From Spirulina sp. (GTDB lineage: Bacteria; Cyanobacteriota; Cyanobacteriia; Phormidesmidales; Phormidesmidaceae), in NCBI GenBank assembly GCA_044070495.1, contig JBIPSI010000007.1, positions 114,499 to 178,498 of the forward strand: DNA of 64,000 nt. Reading direction: 5' to 3'. Below, in pieces: positions 19,190 to 29,087 of this stretch. The notes beneath the pieces were generated by a model. The model was not told where the DNA came from, did no database searches, and saw only the letters and a program-made list of their open reading frames with translations. Every line of letters begins with the position of its first letter. Position 1 is the stretch's first letter. The translations under genes were made by a program, and so were the position numbers.

Positions 19190-20059
19190 TTGTTGATGAT
19201 TTACCTAAAACTGCTGCTCACCATGGCCCTGTGGGGGGGCACCTTTATCGCTGGGCGGCTGGTGGTGCAGGAGATGGGAGCCTTCGCGGCGGCATTCTGT
19301 CGGTTTGCGGTGGCAACGCTGGCCTTGGTGGCGCTGACCTATGCGGTAGAAGGAACGTTACCCCGTCCACCCAAACGCCTTTGGTGGTCGCTTTTGGGGC
19401 TGGGGCTGACGGGCATCTTTGCCTACAATGTCTTCTTCTTTTCGGGTCTCAAGACCGTGGAAGCCGGACGGGCCGCGTTGATCATTGCCCTCAACCCGGT
19501 GGCGATTGCGCTGGGGGCGGCAGTGTTTTTTAAAGATCCCCTTACTCCCCGAAAAGGGCTGGGCATCGGCCTCTCGCTACTGGGGGCGGGGGTGGTGATT
19601 AGTGGCGGCAACCCCTTGGCCCTGGTGCGGGGCGAGGTGGGGCGGGGGGAACTGTTTATCCTCGGCTGCGTGGTGAGCTGGATGAGCTATACCCTGCTGG
19701 GCAAACGGGTGATGCAAGACCTTTCGCCCTTTGCGGCCACCACCTACGCCTGTGGGGCGGGGGCGCTGATGCTGCTGGGGCCAGCCCTAGGGGATGGCCT
19801 GCTCACGGTGCTCCCCACCGCTAGCCCCACCGCCTGGGCCAGTATTCTCTACCTGGGCATTTTAGGATCCGCTGTGGGGTTTAGCTGGTACTACGATGGC
19901 TTGAAACACATTGGCCCAGCCCAGGCGGGGGTGTTCATCAACCTGGTGCCTGTGTTTGCGATTCTGTTGGCGGCGGTGATGCTCAACGAAATCCCCTCGC
20001 CCTCGCTGCTGGTGGGCGGGCTGCTGGTGATTCTGGGGGTAGTCCTCACCAACCGTTAG
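19190..20059 (+). CDS. DMT/EamA family transporter
   Basis: About 10 TM helices, LWGGTF, NLVPVFA. Confidence 0.9.
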   Translation: MLMIYLKLLLTMALWGGTFIAGRLVVQEMGAFAAAFCRFAVATLALVALTYAVEGTLPRPPKRLWWSLLGLGLTGIFAYNVFFFSGLKTVEAGRAALIIALNPVAIALGAAVFFKDPLTPRKGLGIGLSLLGAGVVISGGNPLALVRGEVGRGELFILGCVVSWMSYTLLGKRVMQDLSPFAATTYACGAGALMLLGPALGDGLLTVLPTASPTAWASILYLGILGSAVGFSWYYDGLKHIGPAQAGVFINLVPVFAILLAAVMLNEIPSPSLLVGGLLVILGVVLTNR

Positions 20060-20123
20060 CGACAAAAGATCCCAGGGTTCTTCAAGAACTTTGTGATCTA
20101 CTGAGACTATTCAAAACCACTTA

Positions 20124-20254
20124 GAGGACGTTTGAAAAGCCGAAGCTTGTCCCAAGTTATACCGATGAGGTCAGCCTCAGTCGTCAAAAATCCCGTAGAT
20201 TTGAACCGATCTAGCGACCAATCGCACCTGAGGCAACCCTTTTCAAACGCCCTC
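20124..20254. mobile_element. MITE family C (IS5-like ends)
   Basis: TIR GAGGACGTTTGAAAAG/CTTTTCAAACGCCCTC, TTA duplicated on both sides; inverted copy at 36239-36360. Confidence 0.85.
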
Positions 20255-20564
20255 TTAGCTCGACTTTATCCAATCAGGCGGCATGGCAGAGTAACTCAGT
20301 CCAGGTGTCGAAGATAGGGTGAACATTGTGGGTGAATTGCCTTACGCGAACTGGCTAGAACGATTTGAGACTAAGGTCTACAGCAGGCTAACGGCATAAT
20401 GCAGCGGTTGCAGCAAGGCTTGGGAACCCCAGGGATCAAGGGTCAAACCATGGCCTCAACCGATCATCTCCTGGGGGTTTCGGACTGACAGACAAAACCA
20501 AAGAACCAGTACAATGGCTCGATGCGGAGCCAGCTAACAACCTAGATGACCTAACGGGCCTAGC

Positions 20565-21740
20565 CTAGCGAGAGGCCCGCAACAGCAAGTACAGGCCAAT
20601 GGCGAGGCCCAGGAAAGTGGGAATCCAAGCCGCCGCAAAGGGAGACACCAAGCCCACTTCCCCCATGGCATTGGTAATAAAGGACAGCAGGTAGTAGCCA
20701 AAAATAATCACAATGCTGATGCCAAAGCTGGTGGCGCGGCTGGTGCGCTGGGGCAACACCCCAATGGAGGATCCCACCAGCCCAAACACCACACAGACAA
20801 AGGGCAGGGCATATTTTTGATGAATCCGAATTTGCCAGCGGCGAATTTTCTTTTCGTCGCCGCTTTGGCGCACCAGTTCAAGCTGCTGGGTGGCCTCCGC
20901 AATGTTCATTTCTGTATCGTTTTTGGTGCGGCTAGCCAGGTCTAGGGGAGTGCGGGGCAGTTGCAATGCCTGGGTTTCAAAGGTGACGATGTTGCGGAAG
21001 GATCCATCGGGGGCCACCACGTAGATGGTGCCGTTGTAGAAGGTCCAAACGTTGTTTTGCACATCCCAGGTGGCGCTCTCGGCACTCACCACTTGGTTCA
21101 GCCCCGCCTGGGAAAAGTCGAGGATGGTGAGCCCGTGCATGGTGGTGCCATCGAATCGGCGGGCATAGAACTGGCGCTTGAGTTCTTGGGCGGCGGGATT
21201 ATCGGCGGCGGGCTGGAATTCTTGGTAAAAAATGTTGCGTTCTTGAAAGGGGGGACGCTCGGAGTTTAGGGCCTGCTCTAGGGTGATAGCGGCTCGATAG
21301 TTGGCGGCAGGGGTGATTAGTTCGTTAAACAAAAACGTCAACCCCGTCACCAGCAAACTCAGCACCACCGCCGGAGCAATAATCCGCCGAATACTGACCC
21401 CCACCCCTTGCAGGGCAATCAGTTCGCTGTCGCTGGAGAAGCGGCTGTAGGTCATCATCGTGGCCAGCAGGGTAGACATGGGAAAGGCCAGCACGATGAA
21501 TTCTGGCAGCTTGAGCAGAAAAATTTGGGCCGCTAGGGTGATGGAAAGACCCGACTCGGTGATGCGGCGAATCAGCTCAAATAAGGCCCCAATGGAAATG
21601 CCGATGGAGGAAAACGCCCCCACCCCAAACAAAAACGGCAGGGTTAGTTCCTTGGCAATGTATCGATCCATGATGGCGATGCGGGGCCACCAGGATCGAG
21701 GTTGAGAAAATTGCCGAGAGGGGGAAGAAGCCGTTGCCAT
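20565..21740 (-). CDS. LptF/LptG family LPS export permease
   Basis: MDRYIAKEL, SSDSELIAL, 3+3 TM layout, downstream of lptB. Confidence 0.92.
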   Translation of the reverse strand: MATASSPSRQFSQPRSWWPRIAIMDRYIAKELTLPFLFGVGAFSSIGISIGALFELIRRITESGLSITLAAQIFLLKLPEFIVLAFPMSTLLATMMTYSRFSSDSELIALQGVGVSIRRIIAPAVVLSLLVTGLTFLFNELITPAANYRAAITLEQALNSERPPFQERNIFYQEFQPAADNPAAQELKRQFYARRFDGTTMHGLTILDFSQAGLNQVVSAESATWDVQNNVWTFYNGTIYVVAPDGSFRNIVTFETQALQLPRTPLDLASRTKNDTEMNIAEATQQLELVRQSGDEKKIRRWQIRIHQKYALPFVCVVFGLVGSSIGVLPQRTSRATSFGISIVIIFGYYLLSFITNAMGEVGLVSPFAAAWIPTFLGLAIGLYLLLRASR

Positions 21741-21799
21741 AGCGCCAAAGGAAAGGACATCAACACAGAGAAAGGCTAGGAATTGAAGCTACCCCCAGC

Positions 21800-22528
21800 C
21801 TAAAGGGAGAAATCGTTGCCGAGGTAATGCTCGCGCACAAGGGGATTTTGGTAGAGGTCGTCGGCACTGCCAGCGGCCAAAATTTGCCCGTCACTCATGA
21901 TGTAGGCTCGGTCGATAATGCGCAGGGTTTCGCGCACATTGTGGTCGGTAATCAGAATGCCCATGTCCCGATCCCGTAGCTTGGCCACAATGGTCTGAAT
22001 TTCCGCCACGGCGATGGGATCGACCCCGGCAAAGGGTTCATCGAGGAACAGAAACTTTGGCCCATCCGTCCCCGATGCCAGGGAACGGGCCAGTTCCGTC
22101 CGCCGCCGTTCGCCACCAGAGACCTGAATCCCCAGGGTATTCGCCACCTTTTCTAGCCGGAATTCCTTCAGCAGACGATGCAGACGCTCCTCGTGTTCCT
22201 CCAAGGGTACGCGGGTTTGTTGCAGCACCAACCGGATATTATCCGCCACCGACAGATTGCGGAAAATGCTGGCCTCCTGGGCGAGGTAGCCAATGCCCAG
22301 CCTCGCCCGCTGGTGCATGGGCAGGTCGGTAATGTCAATCTGGTCGAGACAAACCCGTCCTTGATCGGGACGTTCTAGGCCCGTGGCCATGTAGAAAGTC
22401 GTGGTTTTCCCGGCTCCATTCGGCCCCAGCAGGCCAACAATCTCCCCTTGGGCTACCGACAGGCTCACCCGGTTTACCACCTGGCGCTTGCCGTAAATTT
22501 TTTGTACGTTGTCCAAAACAATTTTCAA
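21800..22528 (-). CDS. lptB: LPS export ABC ATPase
   Basis: GPNGAGKTT, SGGERRR, LDEPFAGVDP, TDHNVRETL. Confidence 0.95.
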   Translation of the reverse strand: MKIVLDNVQKIYGKRQVVNRVSLSVAQGEIVGLLGPNGAGKTTTFYMATGLERPDQGRVCLDQIDITDLPMHQRARLGIGYLAQEASIFRNLSVADNIRLVLQQTRVPLEEHEERLHRLLKEFRLEKVANTLGIQVSGGERRRTELARSLASGTDGPKFLFLDEPFAGVDPIAVAEIQTIVAKLRDRDMGILITDHNVRETLRIIDRAYIMSDGQILAAGSADDLYQNPLVREHYLGNDFSL

Positions 22529-22616
22529 GGGAGCCTAGGCAGATAAAGAGCAGATAGCGCTTGAAAAATTGTATCAAAGCCCGCTGGCCATCGGCGGCGG
22601 TGGCCAGCGAACCAGC

Positions 22617-23177
22617 CTAGCGCCCTAGGGGTTGGCTACGTGGGACAGGGGTGGATGGGGCGGGGAAGGAATCGCGGTCGGAATTTTCGCGGTCGGAACT
22701 TTGCGTAGCGGGGCCAACCTCTAAAACGGCGGGTGGGGTTGGCGGGGCTACCCGATTCGGGCCAGCGGGGGCTGGGCTAGACTGGGCTGCCGGTAGCTGA
22801 TAGATGGTTTCCACCTGTTCACTAGGGCGGGGAGCCGCCACAAAACGCCCTTCATCGATCAGGTAGGTGACCACCTCGGCCCGCAGGGTGTTGCCCTGCT
22901 GGTCCACAAACACATTGCCGCTGAGGACAATCCGCCGCTCATTGCTGTAGTAGTCGGCCTGGGCGGAGGTCGCCCGAATTTGCTGGGCAGGGTAGTCAAT
23001 CTGCACATTACCCCGGGCGGTGATGATACCCGTGTTGGTATTGGCCTCCTGGATGTCGGAGCGCAGGGTGATGGTGTCTTGGGCTTGGGCCACGGTCGCC
23101 CAGGGACGCACGCCCCCTAGGGAGAGAACCCCAGCCAAGGGCAGAATGAACCACCGCCGCTTCAGGATATGCCTCAT
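22617..23177 (-). CDS. LptA/OstA family protein
   Basis: Signal peptide, ARGNVQI, LSGNVFV; upstream of lptB. Confidence 0.85.
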   Translation of the reverse strand: MRHILKRRWFILPLAGVLSLGGVRPWATVAQAQDTITLRSDIQEANTNTGIITARGNVQIDYPAQQIRATSAQADYYSNERRIVLSGNVFVDQQGNTLRAEVVTYLIDEGRFVAAPRPSEQVETIYQLPAAQSSPAPAGPNRVAPPTPPAVLEVGPATQSSDRENSDRDSFPAPSTPVPRSQPLGR

Positions 23178-23618
23178 TGCTACAACCTGATCTCCTGACG
23201 TTCTATATCTGACAACGTAATCTGACAACGTAATTTGATACCGCAAGCCAATCCCACCATGGGAAACCCCATCCCATCGGATTAGGCGATAGGGCAACTT
23301 GAGCGTAGGCCGCATTGTCGCCTCAATCTTAGCTTAGCCGGGGGCTTCCTTCGTTAGATCCACCCAAGTTCCAGAGGATCATCTGGTCTAGGGGCCTGCC
23401 TGTTGGGCGATGCTGCAACGTAAAACCAAAGTAAAAAACCCTAAAATCCTACTAAGATTTCAGGGTTTCTAAATTACACACGCTATCAGCTTGCCAAGAT
23501 GAGATCACGATCCTGCAACAAAGCCTCGAATACTCGAAAGAACCCACACTAAATAAGCTTAGAGAATGATCCGTAGCTGTGTTCTCTAGAGGGCTAATGC
23601 GCTGGAGGATAGGTTAGG

Positions 23619-23750
23619 CTACCTTCTAGGCTCTTTTACAGGAATGGGGATGAGTTCTGGCTCCTGTTGAACGTCTGGCCCAAGCAGTGCATCGATGATG
23701 CCGTCAATCCACTCACGCAGCTTTTCGAGAGCCTTTTCGATGTAATCCAT
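23619..23750 (-). CDS. 43-aa small protein, AtpTheta/Norf1-like (not in ORF track)
   Basis: MDYIEKALEKLREWIDGIIDALLGPDVQQEPELIPIPVKEPRR; AAGGAG RBS about 10 nt upstream; family assignment from memory. Confidence 0.7.
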   Translation of the reverse strand: MDYIEKALEKLREWIDGIIDALLGPDVQQEPELIPIPVKEPRR

Positions 23751-23884
23751 TAGGGCCTAACTCCTTACTGGAATGCGATGGTCAGGTGTGCCGCTTCTCA
23801 AAGCTCACCATAGCACGACCTTCCGCCCCGCAATTTATACATAAACCTATCATAACCAAATGACGTAAATGATCAAGGAAATTG

Positions 23885-25147
23885 TCACAGGAGATGACGA
23901 CGGAGTAGGTCGAGGGCGGTGCAGGCGCTGAGGTGACGCACCCAGTCGCGACCTCGGAAGGCGGCAAACTCGTACCTTTTGCTGATCACCTCGCCCGTCG
24001 GGAACGCTAGCCCAATATAAACGAGGCCAACGGGTTTGGTGTCGGTGCCACCGCCAGGGCCAGCAATTCCGGTAATGCTCAAGGCCCAGTCGGTTTGTAG
24101 GGCAGATTTAGCGCCCAGGGCCATCTGTTCAGCCACGATGGCACTCACGGCTCCCTCGGTTTCTAGCACCGTGGGATCGACCTGGAGCAGGTTGGTTTTA
24201 ATGCGATTGTCGTAGGCGATGATGCCGCCCCAGAAGTAGGCGGAACTGCCTGCTACGGTGGTGAGCATGTGCCCTAGACCGCCCCCGGTGCAGGATTCTG
24301 CGACCGCCAAGGTTTGCTGCTTTTGCTGGAGAAAATCCCCCACCACCGAGGCCAGAGAATCGCCATCGACCCCGTAGCAGTCGTCGCCCAACAGAGCGCG
24401 AATGCCCTGCTCGACGGGGTGAATCAGGGCCACGGCTTCGGCGATGGTGGGTGCTTTGGCGGAAATGCGCAGTTTGGCTTCGCCGTGGCTGGCGTAGGGG
24501 GCCACGGTGGGGTTGCTGAGGTTGAGGTAGTCGCTCACCCGTTCGGCCATGCCCGATTCACTGATGCCCCAACAGCGCACCATGCGGCTCACGATGGTGT
24601 CTTGCACCCAGCCGTGGTTTTTCAGGTAGGGCACGGAGGTCTCTTGCCACATGGCCTTCATTTCGCTGGGCACGCCGGGGAAGGTCATGATCAGCAGCCC
24701 CGGTCGGGGTTCCCAGATCACGCCTGGGGCGGTGCCGGTGCGGTTGGGCAACACGTCGGCCCCCGCTGGCAACAGGGCCTGCTTGCGGTTGCTGGGAGTC
24801 ATCACGCGGCCCCGGCTGACAAACTTGGCCTCGATATCGGCCACAATTTCGGGACGTTCCACCAGGGGCGTGCCAAAAAAGTCCGCCAGGGTCTCGATGG
24901 TCAAATCATCAGGCGTGGGGCCAAGGCCACCCGTAAATAGGATGAGGTTCGACCGTTCGCAGGCCATCGCCACCACCTGCTGAATTCGGGCCGGATTGTC
25001 GCCCACCACGGTTTGAAAAAAGTGGGCAATACCCAGCCCCGCTAGCTCCTGGGCCAAATATTGGGCGTTGCTGTTGAGAATATCCCCCAGCAGCAGCTCG
25101 GTGCCCACACAAATTAACTCGGCGCTTTTGCCCATGGCTAAATCCAA
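23885..25147 (-). CDS. cinA: competence/damage-inducible protein CinA (with PncC domain)
   Basis: VGTELLLG, GGLGPTPDDLT, AESCTGG, SITGIAGPGGG. Confidence 0.95.
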   Translation of the reverse strand: MDLAMGKSAELICVGTELLLGDILNSNAQYLAQELAGLGIAHFFQTVVGDNPARIQQVVAMACERSNLILFTGGLGPTPDDLTIETLADFFGTPLVERPEIVADIEAKFVSRGRVMTPSNRKQALLPAGADVLPNRTGTAPGVIWEPRPGLLIMTFPGVPSEMKAMWQETSVPYLKNHGWVQDTIVSRMVRCWGISESGMAERVSDYLNLSNPTVAPYASHGEAKLRISAKAPTIAEAVALIHPVEQGIRALLGDDCYGVDGDSLASVVGDFLQQKQQTLAVAESCTGGGLGHMLTTVAGSSAYFWGGIIAYDNRIKTNLLQVDPTVLETEGAVSAIVAEQMALGAKSALQTDWALSITGIAGPGGGTDTKPVGLVYIGLAFPTGEVISKRYEFAAFRGRDWVRHLSACTALDLLRRHLL

Positions 25148-25233
25148 CGTCCTTGGCCGTTTATAGAGGTGAATGTTGAGGATGAACCTTTATTGTGCGG
25201 CGGCGGCGGCCCGGTGTCATCTCTATCAATGGG

Positions 25234-25407
25234 CTGGTTGACTGACACAAGTTTATGGCCCACCCTGCGGGAAGCAAGCTACACCCCCAACCCCTCTCCC
25301 AGAGGGCGAGGGGAGCCGATCCAGTTTTCCAGTTCCCTCTCCCCGTGGGAGAGGGCTAGGGTGAGGGCTTTCGAGGATCTGGCTAGCAAGTTTTGTCAGT
25401 CAACCAG
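25234..25407. mobile_element. MITE family A shell with different (CCCTCTCCC) cargo
   Basis: CTGGTTGACTGACA...TGTCAGTCAACCAG ends; 9-bp flanks ATCAATGGG/ATCAACGGG. Confidence 0.85.
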
Positions 25408-25468
25408 ATCAACGGGTTTCGCGACTGGGGTTAGGACTGGGTTCGCAACTAGAGTGAGGATTTTAGAG

Positions 25469-26686
25469 CTAGAGATAGCCCATGGGATTGACCGGGTTGC
25501 CGTTTTGGCGCACTTCAAAATGCAGGTGCGGCCCCGTGGAGAGGCCCGTGGATCCGATGGCGGCAATAGCTTGGCCCTGCTGCACCGCTTGCCCTTCCTG
25601 CACAAACAGACGGCTACAGTGGGCATAGAGGGTGGTGAGGCCACCGCCGTGGTCGATGATCACCGCTTGGCCATAGCCGCCGTACCAGCCGGAGAAAATC
25701 ACCTGGCCCGAATCGGCGGCATAGATGGTGGTGCCCTGGGGGGCGGCAAAGTCTACGCCGCCATGGAAGCGGCTGTAGCCCAGGATGGGATGAACCCGGT
25801 TGCCAAAGCCGCTAGAAATCCGGGCATTGGACGGAAATACAAACCGTCCTGTCCCCCGCACCGCGCCGGATTGGGTGGCGAGTTTTTGGCGAATCAGGTT
25901 GGCAATTTGATCGGATTCCCTGGCCAGTTGGGCCTCCGCCGCCTCCAGGGCCGACTGGCGTTCCTGCAGGCGGGTGATCAGTTGTTTCTCTTCGCTGGCC
26001 TCGGCTTCGTACATTTGTTTTTGGGAGAGCAACTGTTGCCGCAGCAGGGCTACCTGATTTTTCTGATCCTCCACAACGGCCTTTTGCTGTTGGATGGCAT
26101 CGGCCTTCACCTTGAGGTCTTGCAACACCTGCCGATCCGCCCCGTAGACCCGCTTGAGTTGATATTGTCGGTCGAGGAATTCGTTGAAATCTTGGCTTTG
26201 CAGCAGCACCGCCCAGCCCTCGCTGCCCTGCTGTCGCTGGAGGAACTGAAGACGGGCCACGGTGGCGGTGCGCACGTTTTCGTAGTCGGCCTCCGCCTGT
26301 TGTAGATCGGCCTCTAGCTGCTGTAATTCTTGCTCGGCCTTGGCGAGCCGATATTCCGTTTCGGTGATTTGGTTGGCGGTGTAGACAATGCTGCGCTCTA
26401 GGGTTTCTAGGTTGGCCTCCGAGGTAGTTTGGCGACCCTCCAGTTCGGTCTGCTGCTGCTGAAGCTGTTGCCGCTGTTGTTCTAGGGTTCTTTGCTGTTG
26501 CTCTAAATCCTGCACCGACTGGGCGATCAAGACGGGCGGATGCTCCATTGGCCCCTGGGCCATGCCTGGATCCAGCCTCCCCAGCCCCAGCCAAAGAACG
26601 GCACAGGCCAGTCCCAGACCCCACCAGCGCAGGACGGAGGATAATCTTTGTGGACGCTTACCTCGTTGGGTCATCCTCGGTTTCAC
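25469..26686 (-). CDS. EnvC-like coiled-coil M23 peptidase
   Basis: TM/signal, long coiled coil, HGGVD, YAH, GPHLHFEV. Confidence 0.9.
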   Translation of the reverse strand: MKPRMTQRGKRPQRLSSVLRWWGLGLACAVLWLGLGRLDPGMAQGPMEHPPVLIAQSVQDLEQQQRTLEQQRQQLQQQQTELEGRQTTSEANLETLERSIVYTANQITETEYRLAKAEQELQQLEADLQQAEADYENVRTATVARLQFLQRQQGSEGWAVLLQSQDFNEFLDRQYQLKRVYGADRQVLQDLKVKADAIQQQKAVVEDQKNQVALLRQQLLSQKQMYEAEASEEKQLITRLQERQSALEAAEAQLARESDQIANLIRQKLATQSGAVRGTGRFVFPSNARISSGFGNRVHPILGYSRFHGGVDFAAPQGTTIYAADSGQVIFSGWYGGYGQAVIIDHGGGLTTLYAHCSRLFVQEGQAVQQGQAIAAIGSTGLSTGPHLHFEVRQNGNPVNPMGYL

Positions 26687-26695
26687 CGTTGTTGC

Positions 26696-27319
26696 CTATC
26701 CAAACCCTAGGGCGATTAAGGCCACCAGGCCGAAGCCAAAAATAGCGGCCCCAGCCAATCGATTTAACCAGATCAATCGCGATGGGGTGAGGTAGGGTCT
26801 AAAAAACGTAACGCCCCAACTGAGGCACACCCACCACAGAGCCGACCCCAAAAACACCCCCAGCACTAGCGCCAGCGCCCCACCCTGTCCTGGGCCAGCG
26901 GACACCAGCCCCAGCCCCGCAAAAATGGCAAAAAACGACAAAATGGTAGCAGGGTTCGTCAGGGTGAGCAAAAAGGTAGATCCGTAGGCCCCTAGCAAAC
27001 CCCGTCCGGTGAGGGGGGCGGCCTCGGTGGCGGGGGTGGATCGGGCCGTGGCCCAACCCAAATAACAGAGAAACAGCCCCCCCAAAAGCTGGAGCACCTG
27101 CGCCTGATTGATTAGCCGATCCGACACCGCCGTTAGCCCAAATCCGGCAATGGCCCCATAGAGACCATCCGCCGTGGCTGCCCCCAGCCCCGTGGCCAGA
27201 CCAATCCAGCGCCCCTGGGCGAGGGAACGGCGAATGCACAGCAACCCAATTGGCCCCACGGGCGCGGCAATCGCCAACCCCATCCCCATCCCCTTTAGCA
27301 CTGTCATCCATCCGGTCAT
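26696..27319 (-). CDS. LysE family exporter
   Basis: IAAPVGPIGLLC, LTLTNPATI. Confidence 0.9.
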   Translation of the reverse strand: MTGWMTVLKGMGMGLAIAAPVGPIGLLCIRRSLAQGRWIGLATGLGAATADGLYGAIAGFGLTAVSDRLINQAQVLQLLGGLFLCYLGWATARSTPATEAAPLTGRGLLGAYGSTFLLTLTNPATILSFFAIFAGLGLVSAGPGQGGALALVLGVFLGSALWWVCLSWGVTFFRPYLTPSRLIWLNRLAGAAIFGFGLVALIALGFG

Positions 27320-27366
27320 TCTGCCCTCTTCTTAAAGTCTGTTCTGTTAGTTGTTAGCCTGCGCCC

Positions 27367-27978
27367 ATGCATACTCTGCTCATCCATGGTTTGGCCCGTA
27401 CCTCGTTCTCCCTGGCGTTCCTAGAACGTCGTCTGCGTCGCGCCGGACACCACACCGAAACCTTTAACTATTTCGCCTTTGCCGAAGACTTTGATGCCAT
27501 TGCCCAGCGATTAAACCACACCCTGCAAGCCCTGGCCCACCGTGGCCCCTATGGTGTGGTGGGTCATTCCCTCGGTGGCGTGCTCACCCGTGCCGCCCTG
27601 GGCTTAGAATCGGTGGCCGAACTGCCGCACCATGTGGTGATGCTAGGCACCCCCAACCAGCCCCCCCGATTGGCCCCCCTAGCCTGGAACCTGTTGCCCT
27701 TTCAATGGTTTACAGGGCAATGTGGCCGCAACCTTACCTGCCAGCAGTTCTATGCCAGTTTGCCAGCGCTAACCAGCCCCTACACCATCGTGGCGGGGAC
27801 GGGTGGCCCCACTGGCCCCCTCAGCCCCTTCGGCGAAGACATCAATGACGGCATCGTCGCCCTGTCAGAAACCTACATGACCCCCCACGACACCATCGTG
27901 CAGGTGCCCGCTTGGCACACGTTTATGATGAACCATCCCCAGGTGCAAGAGGTTGTCCTAAACGCCCTAGCTGACTGA
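27367..27978 (+). CDS. alpha/beta hydrolase
   Basis: HGL, GHSLGG nucleophile elbow, NDGIV, WHTFMM. Confidence 0.88.
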   Translation: MHTLLIHGLARTSFSLAFLERRLRRAGHHTETFNYFAFAEDFDAIAQRLNHTLQALAHRGPYGVVGHSLGGVLTRAALGLESVAELPHHVVMLGTPNQPPRLAPLAWNLLPFQWFTGQCGRNLTCQQFYASLPALTSPYTIVAGTGGPTGPLSPFGEDINDGIVALSETYMTPHDTIVQVPAWHTFMMNHPQVQEVVLNALAD

Positions 27979-27999
27979 TGACGGCATGATGTGGCTTAA

Positions 28000-28494
28000 T
28001 TACAGCCCTGGTGGATTATTCAAAATCTGAAGAAGCTTGCTGAAAAATCTTTCAGGATTTTTGTGTATGTGATTTTGAGCGTATTCGATCACGGCATGAT
28101 CCTTGTGCCCTCCAGCTTTCTCTACATCATGCCAATACATCTCTAGCTCACGATGATCACAAAAATCATAGGTAAAAATATCGACATCTTCATGGATTCC
28201 AGTGATTTCAAACTCCACGATCTTCCAGTCTTCGGCCATTTCCTCTAAATAGCTATCAGGATGCAAGCCTTGAGCATCCACATAAATAGCTTGATTCTTT
28301 TTATGGCTATACACCCCTGCCATGCAGTGAATGCACACCCAATCGAAATCTTTGTCATGGGTTCGAGTGCCTATCGCTGTGGCTAATTGCAGATCGCAAT
28401 GAGGATAGATATTCTGTATTTCTTGGCAAACTGCATAGGCAAAATTAAAACATTGTCCATTTAAGAAATCTGGCATTTGTGTTTTGCTGAACAA
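28000..28494 (-). CDS. AT-rich hypothetical protein, likely foreign
   Basis: 164-aa ORF filling a visibly AT-richer island between GC-rich genes; start uncertain. Confidence 0.65.
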   Translation of the reverse strand: MFSKTQMPDFLNGQCFNFAYAVCQEIQNIYPHCDLQLATAIGTRTHDKDFDWVCIHCMAGVYSHKKNQAIYVDAQGLHPDSYLEEMAEDWKIVEFEITGIHEDVDIFTYDFCDHRELEMYWHDVEKAGGHKDHAVIEYAQNHIHKNPERFFSKLLQILNNPPGL

Positions 28495-28589
28495 ATGAAA
28501 TCAAATCGACTACACAAACCGCCGCCCCCCCGCTGGGCAATCTGCCACAATGGAGAGCGACGCCACCGCCCGACCCAGGAGAGCCGTTC

Positions 28590-29027
28590 ATGACCATCGA
28601 CACCGCCGTCACTCGGCACCACCAACAGATCCTCACCCTCCGCAGCCAGGGCAAAGCGCTCCTGCGGTTTACGTCCCAGGTGCAGGAAGTGGTGCGGGCA
28701 TCGGGGGTAACGACAGGGCTGTGTACGGTGTTTTTGCGCCACACCTCCGCCAGCTTGATCATTCAAGAAAACGCCGACCCAGACGTGCTGGCGGATTTGG
28801 AAACCTTCCTCTCGCGGCTGGTGCCGGAGGGCAACCACTATCGCCACAGCACCGAAGGCCCCGACGACATGCCCGCCCACATTCGCACCGTGCTTACCCA
28901 CACCTCAGAGACCATCCCCATCGTGCAGGGGCGGCTGGCCCTAGGCACTTGGCAGGGGCTCTACCTGTGGGAGCACCGGGCGCGGGGTTCGGCCCGTGAG
29001 GTGGTGGTGCATGTGACGGGCTACTAG
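28590..29027 (+). CDS. YjbQ/UPF0047 family protein
   Basis: HTSASL, ENADPDV, DDMPAHI, LGTWQG.YLWEH. Confidence 0.92.
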   Translation: MTIDTAVTRHHQQILTLRSQGKALLRFTSQVQEVVRASGVTTGLCTVFLRHTSASLIIQENADPDVLADLETFLSRLVPEGNHYRHSTEGPDDMPAHIRTVLTHTSETIPIVQGRLALGTWQGLYLWEHRARGSAREVVVHVTGY

Positions 29028-29087
29028 GCTGGAGGATAAACCGTACTGCGTTGGCCACCGTTAGATAACGTTAGGCCTGAGAAACCG

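Noticed and set aside
23207..23234. 13-bp tandem TCTGACAACGTAA upstream of the LptA-like gene
   Set aside because: Two copies only; simple slippage cannot be told from an operator.
25169..26305. 378-aa plus-strand ORF
   Set aside because: Antisense to the EnvC-like gene and runs through a MITE; no protein motifs.
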